64,000 nucleotides of DNA from Podarcis erhardii. Lineage: Eukaryota. Location of the stretch: assembly GCA_964252035.1 (NCBI GenBank), contig OZ176200.1, one strand, 5' to 3'. The first letter of the stretch is position 1, and each line of letters begins with the position of its first letter. The position numbers were made by a program, and so were the translations under genes. The notes beneath the pieces are model-generated. The model saw only the letters and a list, made by a program, of their open reading frames with translations. It did not search any database and was not told the DNA's origin. This document shows, piece by piece, positions 24,170 through 37,230 of the stretch.

Positions 24170-25240
24170 CCGAATGCCAGTTGGCATCCATCTGTCTCAA
24201 GAGACAATGGAGGAATGAGCCTTTGGGAGTGAAGTCAAACCGTCGGAGCCTGCTGGGCATAACATTATGTTTGAGGATTGGGAAAGGTTGTGGACCACTG
24301 GGCTGAACTTCACCGCATGTAATGCTCTGAAGGAAAATGTTATGAAAATGATATATAGATGGTACATGACCCCAGTTAAACTTGCCAAAATATACCATTC
24401 GTCTGATAATAAATGTTGGAAATGTAAAGAAAATGAAGGAACATTCTTTCACCTCTGGTGGACATGCCCTAAGGTGAAGGTCTTCTGGGAAATGATATAT
24501 AATGAGCTGAAAAAGGTATTTAAGTATACCTTCACAAAGAAACCAGAGGCCTTTCTTCTGGGCATTGTCGGCCAGAAGGTGTTAAAGAAGGATCGAACAT
24601 TTTTCATGTATGCAACAACGGCAGCAAGGATTCTTATCGCAAAAAACTGGAAAACTCAAGATCTACCCACACTGGAAGAGTGGCAGATGCAGCTGATGGA
24701 CTATATGCAACTGGCCGAGATGACCGGCAGAATCCGTGATCTGGGAGAAGAGAAGTTGGAGGAAGACTGGGAGAAATTCAAGATGTATTTACAAAAACAT
24801 TGTAATTTGGTTGAATGTTAAGAAGGATGCTAGATTATAAAAAATTGGCCACCACTAAACTAGATTTAAATTTGATGATAAGTGAGACTAAAGAAAATAT
24901 AAAACTTTTTGGAAGAAGCGCTAGATTATATGTGTGAGTGGACATGAGATTGTAAACAAGTTGATAATTTGTTTTGAAAAATTTTTTTAACGATGTAAAT
25001 GGGAGCGGGAGACGTGAGGGAGCCCAAAGAAGTGATGAAATTGTTGTGAAAGAAGTAAGATTGTTTATTATGTTTTATATTTAAAAACCTTAATAAATAT
25101 TTATATATATATATAAAAAAAACCGTCGGAGCCTGCTGTGGCTGTAGAGACCAGTACGGAAGAGACATGTTTTGTTGCAGCTGGGGCAGATGAAGGCTTT
25201 TAATTGTGCTGCTGCAGATGTACCATGATGGCAGTATGAA
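24170..25240 (-). mobile_element. RTE LINE 3' fragment split by the L1 insertion (RTE sequence at about 24170-24255 and 25139-25240)
   Basis: Joining both sides across the TSD restores a sequence homologous to the reverse complement of 19760-19880. Confidence 0.75.
24256..25119 (+). mobile_element. 5'-truncated L1 LINE with an open ORF2 C-terminus
   Basis: ORF 24267-24821 contains WYMTPVKLAKIY...KCWKCKENEGTFFHLWWTC (CCHC knuckle of ORF2p). 3' UTR, AATAAA at 25092-25097, A tail, and a perfect 19-bp TSD aaaccgtcggagcctgctg (24237-24255, 25120-25138). Confidence 0.92.
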
Positions 25241-25332
25241 ACAGATCAACTGTAAACCGTGTTAAAAACAAGCAGTGCACGGCAGAAGCTTTTATTCTGT
25301 TTGTTTTCCTGCTGTAACAATGTTCTTTCTCC

Positions 25333-25635
25333 CAGGGGCAGAGCTAGGTGCCCTGGCACCTGGAGTGGCACACATGCCGTGCACCCAGGGGTGGGGCGAT
25401 CCGCCCACAGGGCCGATTGGCGTGGCTGCACGATCCTCCCCAGGGGCCGACCTCAGTGTGGCGCCGCGATCCTCCCCTACAGCGAGCCAGAGGAAGAGGG
25501 AGAGCTGCAGCTTTGCCGCTCGCTGCTTTGCCGCTCACCGGGCTTGGGGGAGTCCCAGGTTGGGGGGGCATGCCAAATGTCAACCCCTTCAGGATGACAC
25601 CCGGTGGCACCCTGCACCCCCTTCCTACACCCCTG
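25333..25635. mobile_element. GC-rich hAT-type MITE
   Basis: CAGGGG...CCCCTG termini and TSD ctttctcc / ctctctcc (7/8). Confidence 0.65.
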
Positions 25636-26080
25636 CTCTCTCCAGGTATTACATTTGTGCAGGGAGAACGAGGTGTGTGTGCAAAGGGGCCTGCAGAATA
25701 GGAGAGAGGAGGAGGAAGTGTGGAAATAGTGGAGCAGGGGAGACAGAGACAGATGTTGGAGCAGGGAGACAGATGACATAAAGCAGAGGCTTTAGGTTTT
25801 CTTGAAGTCTGGATGATAAATCAACGTGTCTTGTAAAACAGCATTTGGTGAGCATCACAAAGTCCTGTGCTAGTTTGATGATATGTCTTTTTTTCTTGAG
25901 TGGAGAGTTGGGAAGGAAAACAGTACCAAATTTTTTACCTACACAGCAGCTTCTATGCACAAAGAAAATTGTTTATTTATTAAATTGGTATACCGCCCTT
26001 CACCCAAGGTTTATTTCTGTTAAAGCCTCTGATTTTTCCTTCCAGTGTTGACATGTGTTTATTTTCCTTCTTCTTTTCAG

Positions 26081-26426
26081 ATATCACAGTGAGTTTACTG
26101 TCCTTAGTTGTCACAGCATGTGGACTTGCTTTGTTTGGGGTGTCTCTGTTTGTGTCCTGGAAGCTGTGTTGGGTTCCTTGGCGAGAACGTGGCCTGCCTG
26201 GAAACAAAGACAAGCAGGAGTCCCTGAACTATACAGACACAGAGACCAATGACCACGAGTATAGCGAGGATTACTTGGGACAACCTACCACCTACCCCGA
26301 CTCTTCCATGAAGATTAGCCACACGTCCCCTGACATCCCTTTGGACGCTAAGGCAGGGACCAAGGAAAACTGTGTGCATAATGTCCGGATGCATCGACAG
26401 ATCACGGAGCCAACTCCTTCTGCACG
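26081..26426 (+). CDS. SYT9: Synaptotagmin-9 coding exon (exon 2 equivalent): transmembrane helix and cytoplasmic linker
   Basis: Acceptor ttcttttcag|AT at 26080/26081 and donor CG|gtcagt at 26426/26427. Encodes (D)ITVSLLSLVVTACGLALFGVSLFVSWKLCWVPWRERG...MKISHTSPDIPL...RQITEPTPSA(R), recognised as SYT9. 346 nt, phase 1 to phase 2, in frame with the next exon. Confidence 0.96.
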
Positions 26427-27350
26427 GTCAGTAGCTCCAGTAAGGAACAGAGTTGCCCCCAAAGTAAAAAAGCTTTACTGTGCCAAAAAGTATCCCTTAC
26501 CTAACAGGCTCCTTAGTCACCAAGGACTGCACAGGTGGAGGTTTGTGTTTGCTTTATCAAGTGCAGGAGCAGGATTCTTGATGGGGAAGGAAGAAGGCAT
26601 CAGAGACTAATTTAGAGATAGCATTCCTGATCATGGGAGAGATGGGCAACCAATGCATCCCCTTGCCTTCATTCACCAGTTCCCATGAGCCTGAGAGGGG
26701 CCTTGTGAATAAAAGTACACTCTAAATACTTTTGAGTAAAGGCCTGGTTGTAATCGAGACAAAGGAGCCAGCAAACCGGTGTGGCTGGAGGATCAAACAT
26801 AAAAGGCCAGAGGAAAGGGGAAGCCAAGGAAGAAAGGACCACTACAGTTTACTCTATTCAGAATGGGAATTAGGAGAAGGAACCAAGGGGATCACTTCAT
26901 TTTCTCCAACTGCCTGAGGCTTGCCTGGCCACCTTCCTCACACTGGGTCACAAATCAGCATCCTGTGTGAAGCAAGGGAGGCAGAGTCTCTTGGGTACCC
27001 CTTGACACTTTGTGGCTGTGTGTTGGTCTGCATCATTATAGCTAGTGCTTCAGAAGATGGAAAATATCCCAAAGGATTGCAAATCAGTAAATTGTCCACA
27101 CTATGTCATCCCATTTATTACTGCTTGGTACCTCCTCTTCCTCCTTTTTACAAAAAAAGGGAGGGTAAATGCATTTCAGGGTGTTTTCATAATGTGGGTC
27201 AAAGTCATGTAATTTCAGTACAATTTTAGAACTCGTGAAATCATCCATCACACCTTTCTTCCTTGTATACAGTTTTGGCTACAACTTGGGACTCAGCGAT
27301 ACAGCTGCAAATAAAACATTTTAGGTGTGTTTTAAGTGCAATACACAAGG

Positions 27351-27369
27351 TGACACTAGATGGCGATGA
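27351..27369 (+). promoter_or_regulatory. Candidate CTCF site
   Basis: acACTAGATGGCGat resembles the CTCF core CCASYAGRKGGCRS. Sequence match only. Confidence 0.5.
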
Positions 27370-29371
27370 TGAGCCTTTTGGAAAATTCAATGTACTGTAT
27401 TTTTAAAAACGCTTTTAAAAGTAGCATTTTCAGAACAGTTTTTATATGTGTGTAGATTCCACCTTGATCTGAAAAGTGTCATAGATGTTTGGTTTGAGAA
27501 ATCTATACAAACATTCTGACTCACCTGTTAGTTGTAAGCTTTTATACCATCATTATTTATGTTATTTTACCTGTATCAAAAAAATCCTATTCTCAATAAT
27601 AATAATAAAAAAAGCTGAGCATGCTGACTAAGCACTTGCCCCAAATAACAGGAACAGTTCAGGAACAGTTAAGCTTTTAGTAATATTGCAGAGAATTAGC
27701 GAGTCAGACTTGAATGGATGTACTTTTGCAAATGTTGCCGTAGCAGCTGGACGTTTGCAGGCAACGTATAGAAAGAGCCCCCCACATTTTTTGCTGTTTT
27801 ATGAGCTAGACGTAATTGCCAGGTTGTTGAAAACCTATAGTAACTGAAGGGCTGCCTCAATTTAATCTTGCAAAGTATGTTCATTTTCACTTACCTCTGC
27901 AGCTGTGGGTGCTGATATAGCCCTGCAAAGAATTCAACAAAAATAGAACAGGTTAACAAAACACTTGCGAGAGTTTGAAATAGGAAGTGCTAGGTATTAG
28001 CCACAGCTTTGGTGGAGTGGGTGGGAGGTGAAATCACCAAGGGGGAAGACTGACTGAACAAAACTGCATGAAGAGGAGTGTATGTAAAATATGGGAGAGC
28101 TAATGATGGTGTGGTAGAGTCAACATAAAAAAGTGCTGAACTGTATCAGATCTATGGCTAACCCAGTGCAGCTCAGTCTTGTTGACTGTGTCCAACCACC
28201 TCACAAGCGAGACATGATGAAGATAGCTTTCCTCTGCAGTTTGCCCCATCATCTGGTAAACAAAGGTATATTATCTCTCCAAACACATGGGGTGAAATTC
28301 CACATTGTGGTGATACGCATGATCTGCAAAAGCATTTTAGCTTGTGGGATGGAATGACCTCCCTCTCCTCCCTGGCACACTGTTTGGGGGTTTTTTTCCT
28401 GACCTCCCTCCTGAGCCAGTTTTAAGGGGCAGATAGGGAGAGGAGAAGGGGAATCCCAATTGTGCAAGCAGACGTTCTTGCACAGGGCTTCTGCCAATGG
28501 GGCACCTTAGGCGGTCATTTTTTTATTATCATAATGAATAGTAATTATTACACTCATCTACCATAAACTTGTCCCCGCCTTTCGAAAGCTATTAGTATCG
28601 TGGCTATACCACATCTTATGGTAATGAAAACCATAAGGTGCATTGAGTAGATAAATGCGTACCTGTTTATATTGCTGTGCACAGTAGTACCTTGGTACTT
28701 GAACAGCTTAGCTCCCAAACAAATCGGCTCCCACGCCTTGATATTTTAATGGTTTTGGGAGTCAAATGGACTCCTGGAACGGATTAAGTTCGAGAGCCAA
28801 GGTACCTCGGGGAGTAGCAAGGCACTTTTGACCTCTGGCGAGATTTAGAACAGATGAATGACCTATATAGGTGGAGCAACTGGAAGAACAGAACACAGCA
28901 GCAGCAGGGCATGAGATCCCATAGTCAGAAACTGAGTGTGAAAGCTGTGGTATCCACATAAATTGTTGAAGGGATCAAGGATGAATTAGATTAATATTTT
29001 GATCGAGAGGCAATGTAAAATTTGCTTCCAGCTAGGTTAACAGTGAGAGGAACCATCAAGGGATAGTGGAAATTTCAAAGGGGGGAAAGCACCACCAACC
29101 TCTTACCTGTTGCCCAGGTGATGCAGGTGATTGGAAAGAGAGGATGCAGTCAAGTTAGAAGCATGATTGGTAAGAAGTCCACAATGACTGATACAAGTTG
29201 CATGGATGAGTGGTGTGGTAGAGAAACTATATCAAAAACGTTCTTAATTGTCCAAAATCATGATTTCAGCTTTCATTTTTTTTAATTATATATTTTTTAT
29301 TTCCTTTAACACTGTAGAGATGCTGTAATCCCACCTGTCTAATCCAGTCTGTTTTGTTGTTTTTATTCAAG

Positions 29372-29918
29372 GCATAATTCATTTCGAAGGCAGCTCAATC
29401 TCTCAAACCCAGACTTCAACATCCAGCAGATCCAAAAGCAGGAGCAGCTGACAGGGATTGGGCGCATCAAGCCAGAGCTGTATAAACAAAGATCGGTGGA
29501 CACAGATGATGGGAGGAGGAACAATAGCAAATCTTGTGGGAAGCTCAACTTTATTGTGAAATACGATTGTGACTTGGAGCAACTGATAGTGAAGATTCAC
29601 AAAGCTGTCAACTTGCCAGCAAAGGACTTCTCTGGGACTTCAGACCCCTATGTCAAGATCTACTTACTTCCAGATAGGAAAACAAAACACCAGACTAAAG
29701 TGCATAGAAAGACCCTAAACCCAGTGTTTGATGAAGTTTTTTTATTTCCTGTTCCTTACAATGATTTGAGCACGAGGAAACTCCACTTCTCTGTATATGA
29801 CTTTGACCGATTCTCCAGGCATGACTTGATTGGCCAAGTGATAGTGGATAATTTTTTAGAGTTGTCAGACTTTCCCAGGGAGTGTAATCTTTGGAAGGAT
29901 ATTGAATATGTCACCAAT
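29372..29918 (+). CDS. SYT9: Synaptotagmin-9 exon 3: linker and complete C2A domain
   Basis: Acceptor ttttattcaag|G and donor AAT|gtaagt. Encodes [39 protein letters not shown]...[49 protein letters not shown]...[13 protein letters not shown]...KDIEYVTN. The five Ca2+-coordinating Asp positions are present. 547 nt. Confidence 0.97.
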
Positions 29919-30829
29919 GTAAGTATGACCCCCTCTTTTTATTTTGAGATTTTATTTTCTGCCTCTTTGCATTGTTGTCCAGCTTATCTGCTGTCAAAGT
30001 GGTTGATTTGTGATGAAAGTCACCCCTTATTGTATCTACCTGAAACTGACTTAGTCCAAAGACTACATTCTATATGGAGGAATTACTGTGGTGTTATATA
30101 AAAGCGTGTGCCTTTCCCCTGAATTTCATGCTTAAATATTATTTTCCTTGCTAATTTGATTTTCCATTTGCTTATATGATTTATCACAGAGAATTGATAA
30201 CTTTTTAGAGATTGGTAGGCTCGTGTGTTCTGTTCTGATAAAAATTATTGCCTTACATTTTCCAGCTAGAATTCCAGTTACATTCCCAACCCCCATTGCT
30301 TTCCAAGAGGCATTCTTGATTCTGTAAGTGCAGTTTGATAGATACATGTCCATAATCTTTGGACAGCTCTGAAGACTTCACCAACCTAGGAGACTTTTTT
30401 CCTTGCAGGAAACTGCGCAGCAGAGCAGCAATGCTGATCCTAATAAATTGTATTTAGGGATAAGGGAGAAATTTGATTCAGTTCGCATTTAAAGGTGAAC
30501 CTACGTAATTTGCTCTCTCCTAAACAATAGGTGAACTGAAGCACAGTCACTGCGTTTTAAACTCTCCTTGGGAGCATGGAGATTGGAACATGATGAGCTC
30601 CTCCCTTTAAAATTTACCACTACAGCACTGGAGAACCACATATTTGTCTCTTGACCGTGGAGTTGTAGAAAAATACAATATTTATTCATTATTACTTACT
30701 TCAACAGTTTATGTACTGCTTAACACCGTAGTCTTAAACTTTGCCCAATAGCGTTTTGGCAGCTGGTGCAAACTTTTAAACCCTGGCGTTATATGCTGGT
30801 AGTATTCTGACCCCACCAGCAGTCAAGCC

Positions 30830-30967
30830 CAGGCTTCCTCAAACTCGGCCTTCCAGATGTTTTGAGACTACAATTCCCATCATCCCTGACCACTGGTCCT
30901 GCTAGCTAGGATCATGGGAGTTGTAGGCCAAAAACATCTTCTAGAGGGCCGAGTTTGAGGAAGCCTG
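30830..30967. mobile_element. Short palindromic hAT MITE, related to 22366-22501
   Basis: TIR caggcttcctcaaactcggcc / ggccgagtttgaggaagcctg and TSD gtcaagcc / gtctagcc (7/8). Confidence 0.88.
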
Positions 30968-31275
30968 GTCTAGCCACAGCATTTTGTGAGGCTTTCATCT
31001 ACTGTACTCTCCATATAGTTTTCCTCTCCTCTCTTTACAAAGTATTGCACCAGCAGCTGTCTCATGAGGTTATTCACAAACAAGGGGAAGGAAAACATTT
31101 TAGGATAACATTGAAGCTCTGCCATCCTCAGCTGTTGAAGGTCTTCTGCTTCCTTGCTGCCCCTCATGCATGGAACTGTCATCATAATTCCACTTTTCCT
31201 ACTTTCTGTCCTCGAAACCTACCTTTTCTGTGAAGCTGGGGAAGCCCGGCCAGATGGGCGGGGTATAAGTAATGA

Positions 31276-31276
<1 letters not shown>

Positions 31277-31312
<36 letters not shown>
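31277..31312. repeat. (TTG)12 microsatellite at an L2 tail
   Basis: Directly follows gctggggaagcccggccagatgggcggggtataagtaat, an L2 terminus. Confidence 0.9.
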
Positions 31313-31314
<2 letters not shown>

Positions 31315-33071
31315 ATTTACAAGCATCTATTCCTACTGTTCTTAAGCCTAAGGGAGCAATCTTAACCTCCCAAACCTCTGGTAAGACTATATGGAACAGT
31401 GTTGCCACCACTGCATACAGCGGTCAGGGCGGAAGCTTGATTGGGGGCGGTATTTTTATGACAGCAAACAGGCAGCAATCCATAGGCAATTACCCAGTCA
31501 TTAAGCAAAGATTCGGTAGCCATAATGTACAAAGTTAACTTCGCATTAAATGAAATGATGCACTATATACTTACTAGATGAGAGACTTCTGGTTTCAAAG
31601 CATCAATCTGTTTCTCTCTTAAAATCCATGGCACTAATTCCACAATAGAAATAGTTATGGACCCTAAATTTTGAAACCTATAATCTCAGAAGGCCTTAAA
31701 TATTCCTAACAGGCAAACATTTCTTCTTAACAGTTAAGGGGCGGTTAACAATTTCACCAGCAGCAAAAACAACAAAACCAGATCCTTGCTGGTGAAAGCT
31801 GTATCATTGGATGCTACTGTGTCCATTTTATTTATTGTTTTATTTATTAAATTTATATACCACCCTTCATCAGAGTATCTCAGGGCAGTTCACAGAATAA
31901 AATACAAGATAAAAACCACAAGTAAATAATTTAACAAAAGCAACAAAACTGGTTTCACAAATCAGAAAGTAGTTAATTTCCTCCAAGACACTATAATCTT
32001 ATGAAGTCCACACATTTTTATCTGGATACTTTTCAGGCTAACAGCAGAGCATCCGAATTAGTTACATGCAGAGCAGAATTTTAGCACATCTGTACATTCC
32101 ATACACATTCTTCATTTTGTTGTTCAGATGGAAATTGGTTGAAAGTGATTTAACTTCGGATACACTGCCATTGATCTATTATGTGGACCCTGGTTTGTAC
32201 AAATTGATCAAGGGATTCTGGTATTTATTTTGATTGTGGGACATGGCCCCCCCCAAGTGCAAATGAGTCTCCGCAGGAGCCATAACCCAACTAGAAACTT
32301 CCTTGATGAAAAACTCAAGATTAACGACGTTTTTACAGCACACTGTTTTCAAATTAAGATATTACAGCTTTATAGTCTTTGAATATTTGCAGTGTGATTC
32401 AGGCACTAAAGTTATGGACAGCTAACAATATAAACCAAGAACTCTTGCATATTTTAGTTATCGTTTCCCTACGTTTCCCTGAGGTTGTTCTCAAACACTG
32501 TAAATGCAACCTCAACTCCTTGTTCTGTACCCTCCAAAGCAGCATAAAATTCATTCTATCAAATATGTGGAATCTTGCCAGAGCTCATGAACCTTTCAAC
32601 TGAGCTGTGTGATAAGGAAAACAGAACTGATTTATTATAGAAGACAGAAAACAAAACACATTTTGACCATACTCCACTCTAAATCTTGGCTGTTTCAAAC
32701 TTCAAAAGGAAATGTATTTTATGTATTTTGACCCAAAATATATTTACCATATAACCAACGGCATTTTACTTCTGCTTTGGGACTGGTGTTGGCATTATTT
32801 GGGTCAACACTATCCAAGGGATTATTATCCATTTAAACATCTCCCCCCCCCCCAAACCCTAGTCACCAGAAGGCAATGTAAATAGGCAAGTCTTGTCCTA
32901 CCATGAAAAACTGAGGAGTTCCCATGACGAGTTAGGCCCCCACTTCAATGTTTATATGATCTCACCATGGAGATTAGATGGATTATTGCAATGCCCACAG
33001 GAAAAGACCGGCCACCCTGAGCCATTGTTACCCCCCAAAAAGGGGACCCTTTCAAGAGCAGCCCAATAATA

Positions 33072-33420
33072 GGTAAAGGTAAAGGGACCCCTGATCATTC
33101 GGTCCAGTCTTGGACGACTCCGGGGTTGTGGCGCTCATCTTGCTTTATTGGCTGAGGGAGCCAGCGTACAGCTTCCGGGTAATGTGGCCAGCATGACTAA
33201 GCCGCTTCTAGCAAACCAGAGCAGCACACGGAAACGCCGTTTATCTTCCCGCTGGAGCGGTATCTATTTATCTACTTGCACTTTGACGCGCTTTCGAACT
33301 GCTAGGTTGGCAGGAGCAGGACCAAACAACAGGAGCTCACCCCGTCACGGGGATTCGAACCGCCGACCTTCTGATCAGCAAGCCCTAGGCTCTGGGTTTA
33401 ACCCACAGCGCCACCCGCGT
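33072..33420 (-). mobile_element. Sauria SINE (Squam1 type)
   Basis: Same tail, body and head as 12449-12781. Confidence 0.9.
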
Positions 33421-34574
33421 GGCCTCCAGCAAATAGCGCAGATAACTCTTGGAAGGTGTATGGTGCAGTTTTACTGCTGAAGCTAATCCAGCTTCACCCT
33501 AAATGCTCCCCAGAAGCAGAGCCTGCCTGGGAGCTGTATGTACACTCTCCTGATCTCCTTAGAGGACAAACAGGTATCTAGGTGTAATTAATTAAACATA
33601 GTAAGCATGTCAAGGTAATCATAATCACAGAAACATATTGGATTATCATTGTAATCAAACATTGGCAAAATCTTGAGTATAATTTTTTCCAGTTTATGTT
33701 TAGAATAAGTCCAGATGGAAGGACAAACCAGGATGCAGGGCCAAGGAGGAGTTTAGGAAATACAGCTGAATATGGGCGAGCTGATTTGAATCACTGATGA
33801 AAATTGGTTTCTTCTCTTGCTGATTTGAAAATGTACTTGGTTTAAATCAAGCTACCCTACTCAGGAGCAGCAACAAAAACCTGCATGGAATTAATAGCTT
33901 CTAGTTCCACAGCATTATACCCTTATCCCTCTTCCGATCAAAGTAAAAGTTTCCTACATTGTCTGCAGCAGATTATTATATCATTTCAAAGATTGCTCTA
34001 ATTCGAGACAATATCGTAATGTTGTCTGTGATTGCAAAAGATTATACCTAGAAGAAGAATCTGTCATTTCTCAGTGTATCTGCTCTCATAAGCTGATAAT
34101 GAGGAGGAAAACCAGTCTAACAAAAAAGAAAAGAAAAACCAGGAAAGATAACAGTCCTTTCAATTCTGAGGTGCTCTGCTTCTTAAGACATTTTATTTAT
34201 TTATTTTGTAGCTGAGAGCATGTATTTGATGCAGCACAAAACAGGTACAGCAATCACTGAAAACTTGAAACATATCATTGACTAATCCAGCAGGCTGATC
34301 TACAAGCCATATGTGCGCTGAGATTTCTGAGTGGCTCCTGCCCTGAAATAGTTTCCCAGGACAAGCTGCACTCAGTTTCATAGGGAAGTCATTTATCCAG
34401 CGATGCTTTGTGGGGAGGAGAGGAGCAATTTCTTCTGCTAAAAGAAATAAAGGGGGAAACACGAGAAGGAAATGCATTCAGGCCCCTTGCAATTACCTAA
34501 CTTGATTCTTTAATAATAAAAAAATGCATTATGTCACAGTCTTCTGACAAGCTCCTTCTCCTGTAGGACAGTTT

Positions 34575-36145
34575 TGTGAATTCAAATCTCCAGGGCCCGA
34601 TGAGCTGCACCCAAGAGTATTAAAGGAGCTTTCAGGTGTAATCACAGAGCCTCTCTATAATCTATAATCTTTTAGAATTGTTGGAGAACAAGTGAGGTCC
34701 TTGCAGACTGGAGGCAGGCAAATGCTGACCTCATCTTCAAAAAAGACCCAGATAACAACTGACTGGTGAGCTTTACACTGATACCAGAAAAGGTCCTATA
34801 AAAGATCATTAAACAGTTGATATGTGAGCACTTAGAAAACGATACTGTGATTACAAGTCATCTCATTTCTTTCTTTTTGAAAGAAAGCTTAGTGGATCAG
34901 GGAAATACAGCAGATGTAGTGTATCTGGATTTCGGTAGGACTTTGGACAAAGTTCCCCATGATATTCCTGTAAAAGGTGGGATAGACAAGGGAACTGTCA
35001 GGTGGATTTGTAGCTGGTGGGCTGACTGAACCCAAAGGGTGTTCACTAATAATTCCTTGCCATTCTGTAAAAAAATGACAAATGGGGCGCCACAGGGTTC
35101 TGTCCTGGGCCCATTGTTGTTGACATATTATAAATGACTTGGATGAAAGAATTGAGGGTTGTTCATCAAATATGCAGATGACATAAAACTGGGAGGGTAA
35201 CTACTGGCGCAGAAGACAGAATCGGGATTCAAGATGACCTTAACAGATTGGAGAACAGGGCCAAAACTAACAAAATGAATCTCAGTAGGGACAAAATATA
35301 TAAGAAATAGATCTACACTAAATTATAGAGTAGCAGTGAGTAGAGCTACATATATACAGAGCTACATACATGCAAGAATGAATTTCAATGGGGACAAGTG
35401 TAAGTTTCTATACTTAGGCAAGAGTAACCAGCTGCACAAATATGAGGGACACCTGGCTTACCAGTAGTACATGTAAAAAGGATCTAGGGGTTTTAGTAGA
35501 CCACAAGCTTAACATGAGTCAGCAGTGTGATGCGGGGGGGGGGGGGAGCTAATTCTATTCTAGCCTGCCTCAACAGAAGTAAAGTGTCCAGATCAAGGGA
35601 AGTAATAGTACTCCTCTATTCTGCCTTGGTCAGACCACACCTGAAGTATTGTGTCTAGTTCTGGGTGCCACAATTTAAGAAGGATAATGACAAGCTGAAA
35701 CATGTGCAGAAGAGGGCAGCCAAGATTATCGAAGATCTTGGAAACCAAGCCTTAGGAGAAATGGTTGAAGGAATTTGGTGTGTTTAGCCTGGAAAAGAGG
35801 AGACCGAGAAGCAATACAATAGCCATCTTCAAATATCTTAAGGGCTGCCACATGGGTGATGGATCAAGCTTGTTTTCTCCTGCTCCAGAGGATAGTACCC
35901 GAACCAGTGGCTTCAAGATACAAGAAAGGAGGTTCCAATTAAATATCAGGAAGAACTTTCTGATGGTAGGAGCTATTCAACAATGAACAGATTCTCTCAG
36001 AAGGTGGTAGACTCTCCTTCCTTGCAGGTTTTTAAGCAGAGGTTGGATGGCCATCTGTCATGGATGCTTTAGTTGAGATTCCTGAATTGCAGGGGGTTGA
36101 CTAGATGATGTTCAAGGTCCTTTCTAACTACAATTCTATGATACA
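34575..36145 (+). mobile_element. Degenerate 5'-truncated CR1 LINE
   Basis: RT-region remnants (GPDELHPRVLKEL; YLDF...DKVPH; GAPQGSVLGP; YADDIKL) with frameshifts, ending ggtcctttctaactacaattctatgat. Confidence 0.9.
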
Positions 36146-37230
36146 ATTATTTCTCTGCAAGAATTTTTGGAATCCCCAAAGGGAAATACGGGATTAATGC
36201 ATGTAACCTAAAACCTGCAATGCAAAGAAATCATGGGAATGTAATCCACTTTGTGTGTTTTTGCACCATTTCCATTCTGCACATGAAGCTGTCCATAGAT
36301 CACTATGCACTAAACTTTGCTGAATATGTGTCCTTGCCTCACTTTTCTGAGATGGCATGAACAGTTGGCAAGAGCAGTGTGAGGGCTGGCTGGAGGCTGT
36401 CCTCAGACCAATAATCAAGTGTCACATATGACATTTATTAATACTTTCAAGTTGCATCATTTTACCTATCTATATGGCCAGAGCAACCTTTTTCAATCCA
36501 TCCTGGCTGGGACTGATGGCAGCTGCAACTGGAGGGCTCCAGGTGGGTGGACTAGAGCCTCAGGAGTAGGTAGAAAAATCTGTCATATAGATGGCTTGCA
36601 GGGGTGGAAAGAAAGACATCTGGTTTTGGCATTCCTTCTTTAATCAAGTATGCAAGGAAGGTTAAACAAGGTCTTGGCCCTGTAGGTCTTGTGCAGATAA
36701 AAAAGTGTTGAGAGTCAAGAGATGTAAATTTCACAAGGGGGGGGGGACCGTAACCACAGAGAGAGAGAAAGGAATATAATTGCTCTTCACGCTCTGCACA
36801 GAAGAAACACTTTCTGTAGCACCTCGGCTGCTTCTCTGCACTATCAGCTCCCCCCGCACACACACCAACTTGTTTTACATTGTGCGATAATTCACATTTT
36901 CCAAGCCACCTTTCCAATTCTGGTTCCCTTTTCTTTTTAGAAACTGACAGGTTTTAAAAATATGTTATGCTAGTTCCTGTTAAGTTGGAATTAAGTAATT
37001 TGTGCCTGGAGACAGGCGACAGCTTTCTCAAAAGGTTGAAGGTGCGCTAAGCAAAGCATCAGGTCTCTCTGGTGCACACACCCAACGGAGCTGACAATAG
37101 GATTTATTGTATGGTTCAAGGAATCCAGCTGGTGCCAGCTGTTTTGGAATAGAGCTCACATTATCCCCAGCCAGCACAATCAGAAGGTGGCCAAAGATGG
37201 TCCTTCAAAACTCTTGAAGAAAAAAACACC

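Noticed and set aside
25246-25960. Cluster of overlapping 60-170 aa ORFs on both strands
   Set aside because: GC-rich MITE with few stop codons; no recognisable domain.
1-26080. SYT9 exon 1 (N-terminal cysteine motif) and promoter
   Set aside because: No matching peptide or CpG-island promoter was found. GC-rich patches at about 460-720, 2300-2970 and 25330-25640 are explained by transposons.
26427-26610. C-terminal part of ORF 26053-26610 (SVAPVRNR...)
   Set aside because: Read-through past the exon 2 donor into intron.
29919-30101. C-terminal part of ORF 29496-30101 (VSMTPSF...)
   Set aside because: Read-through past the GTAAGT donor; no sign of coding character.
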